Source: Strigamia acuminata (lineage: Eukaryota). From it: DNA of 64,000 nucleotides. The notes below the pieces were generated by a model that ran no database searches, was not told the DNA's origin, and was given only the letters and a program-made list of their open reading frames with translations. A program made the translations under genes and the position numbers. The stretch spans positions 17,050,001 through 17,114,000 of the forward strand of contig OX442314.1 of assembly GCA_949358305.1 (NCBI GenBank), written 5' to 3'. Positions 53,353 to 64,000 of this stretch are shown piece after piece. The first letter of the stretch is position 1. Each line of letters begins with the position of its first letter.

Positions 53353-54431
53353 ATGGCAGATAACACGGTAAAAATGGAAACAAAATTTTTATGAAATAAT
53401 AAAGGCATACACACTTGTAACATACAGTTGCTCTTCCAGGAAAAGAATGGTGAAGACGAGAAAACCAATGACACCCTGACTGAAAAATCAGATCACCAAA
53501 CTGATGATAAATTAGTGAGTTGAGCTTTTAATCAAAACCACATTTAACTAACTGCGTTATTTTCTGTTAGGTAACGACAGCTATCCAATTTCTTCAAAAC
53601 CCCAAAGTGACTGCTAGACCTCTTGATCAGAAAAAACAATTTCTAAAAATGAAAGGTAAAACCACTTATCTTTTAATTTCAATTGAATCTCGATTCAGCC
53701 CATGAATACTTTTTTTTATCGTTCAAGGATTGACGGACAAGCAAATTGATGAAGCGGTTAAGCTGTCAGGGAGTTTAGATCAATTTCAATACCAACCAAA
53801 TCTTCCACCACGGCCACCTATGTATCTGCAGCCAGCCCCGCTATCCGTTTGGATGCGGGTTCGCGATACTAGTTTTGTAATCGTTGTTTTATGTGGCGCT
53901 GGTTACGGGATATACAAGCTATATTTGGTAAAACATTAAGAAATCGGCTGAAATCATAAATTAATTCATTATATTTGCAGAATTATGTCAAACCGTATTT
54001 ATTTGAAACGAAGGAAGAATCTGAAACGGATAAAACACTAAAGTTGTTAATTGAAACGATGCAAAATGTGCAACAAACACTAAATTCAACGCAAGAAAAA
54101 CTCAAGGAACTTGTCGCAATAGCGCAGGTTCTAAATCTTCATCTAAATTTCAGTAAAATAAAAACTAATTTCATTTTCAACGCAGAGTAATCAAAACATG
54201 CAGAAGTTTAAAGAAATGGAATATTTTCAAGAACTTAAAGCGGAGGTAAATTCAATCAAAGGACTTCTGCTCAACCGACGTAGTTTCCCGCCACCTCCCA
54301 ATCTCATTAACGGACTACCAAGTTGGCAAACTCAACACACGGCTGAAGCAAATAATGACAGCATGCTCACGGATCAACTTAAAGACGAATCAGTTGAGAA
54401 ATTGCAAGACAATTCGTCACAGAGTATTTAA
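53353..54431 (+). CDS. PEX14: Peroxisomal membrane protein PEX14
   Basis: Pex14_N domain [32 protein letters not shown], a TM segment, a coiled coil, and [20 protein letters not shown]. Confidence 0.93.
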
Positions 54432-54463
54432 ATACATTTATTGAATTCACACACCTTTATCAT

Positions 54464-57029
54464 TCAATTACGAGCAAGCGCTAAACTCACAACACCGTCA
54501 ACGGTTCTGTATGGAATAAAATCGACGCAATCGCATTTTAAGCGGTCACTAGTCAGCAGAGAAGCGAGCGCCTAAATTAGAAATAAAAAATAGCGATCTA
54601 GAGACACGAAAAATGTATCAAAACGTCGATACCAAACAGGCTTTGCCCTCCATCTTGTTTCCCCACACGTACAAGTAAGAGAGACCCTTATTTCGGTGAA
54701 CTGCTGAAGCCAATGCACATAATCCGCGTTTTCCAATTTTATTGTTTGTGACGATCAATCTGTATAAAAATTAAAATTGCGGTAATTAAAATGAATTGCG
54801 TTGACAACATTAATAAAATATATATCTGATTTATCACAAAAATTTCTAGTGACTTACTTCTGCAATATAGTCGTAGGGTGAGCCAGTGCTTGCGCGATGT
54901 AAACGGCTCCAACGTTTTCTAATCGATTAGCGTTCAGATTGAGAACTCTGAGAGAGCATGAAGTTCTGATGTATTCAGCCAACAGCTTTGCTCCGTCCCA
55001 CACGATCCTATTGCTAATTAATACAATTAGAAACGTTTGGTTGGTAAAAATGTGCGATAGACCCAACCAACTGAGGTCCAGATGGACTAAGGTTTCGTTG
55101 CATAACAAGCCCGGCACGATTGTCGCAACGCCGAAGTCGGTGATTGAAAATTTGGGCACGCACACTTTGAGAATAATGCGGTTTGTCTAGGATTAAATTG
55201 GAGTATTCTCAAAAAGCAAATTTAATATGCTGGCGAAATACTTTGAACAAGCGAGATAAATGGATGAGAGGTTCATCTTGGCTGAACACCAAAGGTCGGC
55301 CTAATTTGAGCGTTCGCAGCGTTGGATGATGGCAAAGAATTACAAGCAAGGCAACAATACTAGTCATTTCCTGAAATCAAACAACGAAAACACTTGTTTA
55401 ATCAAATGTTAGTTTGGGAACGTCCAAATTATTCACCATATCTGTGTTGGTCAGGTCTAGTTTAGCCAACCTCTCATTTTGTTTTAATGCACTGACTAAG
55501 CACAATCCGCCAAATTCGGACATTTTATTACCTGATAAAATAACAGTCTTTAAAATCTGATGCTCCTTAAAGCGAAAAGCCAATAAAAAAACAAATATTA
55601 AATTGTGTCGAAGTAGATGATTACTTTAATAGCATCTGAAAAAATAGCAATTCCCCTGTCGGTTAGGCAGTTGTTGGACATGTCGATTTTTACCAACTCG
55701 GATAATTTCAAAATCTGTTAAATAAAAGAAAAATTCATATTAATCATTTTGCCAATTTACACACTCAGCAAATGCGCGCACCCGCATAAGATGAGACAGA
55801 TGCCACATTCCAAAATCGGTGATTTCGTTGTTGCTCAAATAGAGACGTGTCACTCGTACTCCGTATTTTATGCACAGCGCAAAAGCCAACATATCAGAAT
55901 CAGATAGAGTCCCTTTATCTTCTCCACCTCTTCCACGTGCTTTAATTATACCGTTCCTATTTAAAATTGATTAGTCCCACTTACCGTATAAATTAGACAT
56001 AGAATCTTACTCGGCTTCCGGGTCATTTAAGGCGTCTAATATAATGGGGTGAGGAGGTGTACGGGTAACCATACAAGCTTTCTCATAATATATTTTCCTT
56101 AATTCTGTAAACGGATAATTATTATTTTGAATAGCCTATATAAAATCAATAATTTAGACCCTTACCTCGCCTTACTTCTGTTATTTCCTTTCGCACGTAG
56201 TTTTTTGTCATTAAATCTTTAAAAGTATTTTCCAACACAGCAAATGAACTTTTTGATGCGACTTTGGCCATCATTTCCGGAAGATATTTGGTCGTTTTTG
56301 CAGCTCTAAAGTACTCAGCTTCTTCCCACAACTGAGGCATTGCCAAAAGCAGTTTACAGAGTTTGTTCACCTGTTCTTCGTTTCCTTCAGTCCCGTTCAA
56401 AAAATTGGACAAAAATTCTCGAACTAATATTTCTCCCATTTCTTCAGTTGAACTGATCAGAATTTCACGAATCGACTCCTCAAAAAACACGGCTAATTTG
56501 GACACTTCGTCAAACGGTAATTCGTACTGACTGTCCGAATAGTCAGGTTCTATGACATTAATTATCATTTCGCCACTCTGTGAATCATCAACCGACTCGA
56601 TCAAGGTGCCGGGCTTCAAAGAGGATTTAGTTATGATATGAGCCAAGGCTATGAGCGATGCTTTGGAATGGGGGTTTGACAAACTTCGCGACGAATAGAT
56701 TTTGCGAGGTGTAGGCACATCCTCGTCTCGTAATTTGATGGTCGATCTAGACGATCTATTCGAGGGACCACCAACTATTTCATAAATTATTATTACGAGT
56801 ATTGTAACATTACAGTAAAAAACATTCTTTTTTCGTTTTCGTATATTACGCATGTTTTCGTTTCTTTAGCTCCTTTAGTTTCCAAAGATATAACCTTGCG
56901 TCATCATAGTGCTGCATTGACAAATCTAATAAAGTAACAGATTTAAAGTTATTAGAAATTATAAATATAATCGATCGCTTTAACCTCGCTCACTTCGAAT
57001 CCATTACGCTTACCGCCACTGAACGCCAT
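54464..57029 (-). CDS. LRRC34: LRRC34-like leucine-rich repeat protein with a long N-terminal extension (5' exons tentative)
   Basis: RI-like LRRs plus LRRC34-like motifs YEKAC..PHPIILDAL, LSYLYVWGNK, DFIPYRTVDGVVSLA. Upstream exons 57029-56985, about 56926-56896 and about 56775-56166 can be spliced in frame. Confidence 0.75.
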
Positions 57030-57203
57030 CTCGTGGTAACTAAGGAGTGACTTTCCCTACCTTTGTGGATACAAACAGAACAGATCCTGTTGAAGCCGGT
57101 GATATTCGTACTGTTAACGAACCAAGGCTGCTTGAATACGAACTTTGTGTGCTTGAATCGGTGATCAGATTATTTTTGCGCCGAAAAGAATAAAACAGAC
57201 GAG

Positions 57204-58093
57204 ATGCCGTCGTGGAATCAAATCCAGAGTCAGCTTCGACATCCAAACAATCCAGTTGTCTTTTTTGACATCACAGTGGGGACCACAGTAAGTATTTTGA
57301 TTAAGTTCAAAATAAAATGAAATGATTGTGAAAAAACAATTCCTTTTCTTTTAAAACAGGATATTGGAAGAATGATAATGGAATTATTTGCTGATGTTGT
57401 ACCAAAAACTTGCGAAAACTTTAGGTAATTTACCATATTTACCGGACATTGAATTGATTGTTGATCAAGTGTGTTCATGTTTTCTCTTGCTTCTACAGAC
57501 AGTTTTGCACTGGAACATACAAGAAGGATGCTATTCCTATTGGTTACAGAGGCGCTACATTTCACAGAGTGATCAAAGATTTCATGATCCAAGGCGGAGA
57601 CTTCGTTAATGTAATTGAATTTACTTAAATGAACTCGACACGCTTTTATTAAATAAATATTTTAATTTCAGGGAGATGGAACTGGAGTAATGAGCATATT
57701 TAATGGAGGAACATTTTCAGATGAAAATTTTAAAATGAAACATGATTCGCCAGGTTTATTATCCATGGTGATTAAGATTATTTAATTTTTTAAAACAAAA
57801 TAATGTAAGCCATTTTTACTGTTTTTAGGCCAACAGCGGTAAAGATACGAATGGCTGCCAATTTTTCATCACGTGCGCTCGATGCGATTTTTTGGATGGA
57901 AAACACGTTGTATTTGGTAAGAAACTCGGGTCATAAAATATGTAACAATCAACAAGTACAGATGAATGAAAATTTAATTACAGGACGATTAATAGACGGT
58001 TTACTTGTAATGAGGAAAATTGAGAATGTTCCAACTGGTCCGAATAACAAACCAAAAATTCCAGTCATCATATCTCAATGTGGGGAAATGTAA
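57204..58093 (+). CDS. PPIH: Peptidyl-prolyl isomerase H (U4/U6 cyclophilin H)
   Basis: [97 protein letters not shown]. Confidence 0.96.
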
Positions 58094-58194
58094 CCATAAA
58101 CTTGTATATCATCTTTTCGATTAAAAAAATGCCACAAATTTATACTATTCGACTCCTGTCTGCGTATTAAAAAAATACAACAATTCGCCAACAG

Positions 58195-58914
58195 ATGGCG
58201 CATTCGCACATTGCTAGATGCGACACGCTCCCAATCGTTTCAGTTCAGATGGCTGTCTTAGCAGCGGCCGAAAAAGGCAATTTAAGCCTTTTAAAGGAGT
58301 TGCTAGATGAAAATCCAAATTTGATTAATGATGTCGATGAAGATGGTTACGGATGTTTACACCGGGCTGCTTATAACGATCACGTACCTGTCATCGAGGT
58401 AAACGTCCATTTGGCCATGGCCGGACAATGACAATTTAACTAGAAATAAAACTAAGATTCGGGCTGTTTTGTTTTCATCCCTAACAACATAAAATATAAA
58501 AAAAAGCCTACACAATTTTATTATTTGTACTGATTTATGAGGGTTAAAGAAACTTAAAACGATATTTTTTTTTTCTAGGAGTTAATTCAACAAGGTGCTG
58601 ATGTAAATAAAAAAACTAATGATGGATGGACACCCTTACACTCTGCTGCACATTGGAATTGTTTCCCCGCTGCCTCGATTTTATTGCATTCTGGAAGCGA
58701 TCCAAATAGCATTACCACCGGAGGAAATACAATTTTACATGTGGCGTCACTCAACCGGTCATCACCAGAATCACTCGTCTTACTACTATGGTGGCCGTTT
58801 TCGAACGGTGACGTGAAAAATAAAAGCGGAGATACTCCATTGGACATAGCAAAGCGCAATGCCAAATATCATGGCTTATTTGAAGCCAAACAGGAGTCGA
58901 TCAATGTGATTTAA
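58195..58914 (+). CDS. ANKRD49: Ankyrin repeat protein, ANKRD49-like; exons 58195 (or 58249)-58398 and 58579-58914
   Basis: LAAAEKGNL..DEDGYGCLHRAAYNDH..ELIQQGADVNKKTNDGWTPLHSAAHWN..GNTILHVA..GDTPLDIAKR. Confidence 0.8.
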
Positions 58915-59003
58915 TTTCCAATAAAAGATAAACCAGTATCGTTTCTTTCTTTTTTCTTGTTTTAAACGTCCCCCAACCCCCACCCCCCCCCCCTACTTCG
59001 ACC

Positions 59004-62472
<3,469 letters not shown>

Positions 62473-62876
62473 CTTCTCTTGTTGAAACGAAGAGACTAAA
62501 AAAAGTCAATCAGGAACACGCTTTGGACATTAGCGACTACTGCGAACCATCAACGAAATTTCATTTATTACCTTGCATTTGAATTGTTGAGTTAGTTTAA
62601 AACTATAAACGAATTAATAATTGTAAAATCTCTCGATTTTAATTAAATCATTAATCTATCCGTAACGAAGATTAAAATGAAATTCGGGCTTTAGCCACAC
62701 CGCGTAACTACAAGCTCTTGTCTGCCGCCATAATAGAATGGCATAAAAAGATAACGGCCAATCACGAAGCAAAAAGAAATGTTTTCCGTACAATCGTATA
62801 AATGTAATGTTAATCTTTTTCCAGATGATTTGTAAATCTTTTTTTTTCTGGTTAGATCGAGGGGGGCGACATTCGA

Positions 62877-62992
62877 CCGAATCTCTGACAATGGCTTCCG
62901 AATCCCGCCCGAATCTTTCCGAATCCCACCCGAATCTTTCCGAATCCCACCCGAATCTTTCCGAATCCCACCGAATCTTCGAATCTCGAATC
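62877..62992. repeat. Left subterminal CCGAATC-core minisatellite of the MITE
   Basis: Repeated CCGAATCTTT / CCGAATCCCAC units of about 10-11 nt. Confidence 0.9.
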
Positions 62993-63346
62993 TTTAAGTT
63001 GTATACAAATCGAGAAAAATAAAAACAAAATTTATGATTAAAAAATGTAATAATATTTTTACAAGAAACTTCCTTGAAATTGTCCTTGAAATTGTCCGTA
63101 AAATCATCATCGGAAGAAATTATACCTGCGCACCTCGCTGCGCGGTATCTGCGCATGCGCATTTACGATTTAGCGCGAACTTCAAATTAATCCCGGAATC
63201 GAGCCCGGAATTCATCATTGTTCGCAATTGTGATTGCATTTGATTGCGTGCTATTTTACCTCGTATTTTACCACATTTCACTAAGAGTTAAAATTAAAAT
63301 TAAAAAACATTCCCACTTCACTAAATTTATTTGAAAAAAATCATAT

Positions 63347-63584
63347 GAATCTTTCTGAATCCCATCCGAATCCCGCCGAATCCCACCGAATCCCGCCGAA
63401 TCCCACCGAATCCCATCCGAATCTCCCCGAATCTCATTCGAATCCCCCCCGAATCCCCCGAATCTATCCGAATCCCCCCGAATCCCAGCCGAATCCCCCG
63501 AATCTTTCCGAATCTTTCCGAATCTTTCCGAATCTTTCCGAATCCCATCCGAATCTTTCGAATCCCAAAGAAGATTCGAATCTC
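63347..63584. repeat. Right subterminal CCGAATC-core minisatellite of the MITE
   Basis: About 20 units such as CCGAATCCCA, CCGAATCCCC, CCGAATCTTT. Confidence 0.9.
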
Positions 63585-64000
63585 TGACAAGCAGATTCTG
63601 ATTGTCGCACCCCTCGGGTTAGATAATAATAAATTTTGATAAACCTTACGAAAGTCAACTAGATTTTGAATTTGAAGATTATTTTCTGCTGCACTACAAT
63701 TCGACTGCTTTCTTGAAAGCAGACGATGGGCGATTCTCATACGGAACAAGGAATTTTAAACCCAACATTTGCAACAGAATTTCTGGAAGAATGGTTTATT
63801 TCATTGGCTGCTTCGAATGCTGCAACTATCAATTTAGCCGAGGAAAATGCACAACTGGTAATTTAATCTTTAAAAATTATCCAAAAAAAAAATACTAACG
63901 AACATTTGTTGTTGTGCCGCAGATTAAGTTCAAAAGCAGAAAGTTTGTCGAAATGATATTTCTCATATGTGAAAAGCTAAAACAGCCGATCGAAGTCAAA

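Larger units (their letters stand above)
62858..63616. mobile_element. Non-autonomous DNA transposon (MITE), 759 bp, probably hAT-like
   Basis: 17-bp TIRs CGAGGGGGGCGACATTC / rc CGAGGGGTGCGACAATC (2 mismatches); identical 8-bp flanks GGTTAGAT at 62850-62857 and 63617-63624 (TSD); subterminal CCGAAT arrays; no transposase ORF. Confidence 0.9.

Noticed and set aside
62656..63749. ORFs with WDSERFG / SESHPNL repeats; also a superficially CRISPR-like array
   Set aside because: Translations of the MITE minisatellite; no unique spacers and a eukaryotic context.

Overview
A 64 kb window of a compact, AT-rich, intron-dense animal genome with mostly 55-70 nt GT-AG introns. It is probably a non-insect arthropod; this is inferred from protein similarity and the retained Sec-SelU, not proven. 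It holds 16 spliced protein-coding genes: TAF10, USP5, ABCF3, EXOC8, SF3B4, a SelU/PRXL2B-family gene, ARMC9, spen, REV1, GABARAP/Atg8, LPP/zyxin, PEX14, LRRC34-like, PPIH, ANKRD49 and WDR33. It also holds one initiator tRNA-Met and one MITE with an 8-bp TSD. Best signals: (1) a hidden selenoprotein U with an in-frame UGA in a UxxC motif and a canonical SECIS that overlaps, antisense, the AATAAA hexamers downstream of SF3B4; (2) an oversized WDR33 intron packed with AAUAAA and UGUA elements at the position where mammalian WDR33 undergoes intronic polyadenylation; (3) a 3/6-nt LPP microexon with Srrm4/eMIC-type architecture; (4) a tandem duplication of the REV1 last intron and exon that stays open through compensating indels; (5) uORF clusters at spen and REV1, a GC-AG intron in Atg8, and very tight gene packing. 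All gene calls are from manual splicing and remembered homology; no searches were run.
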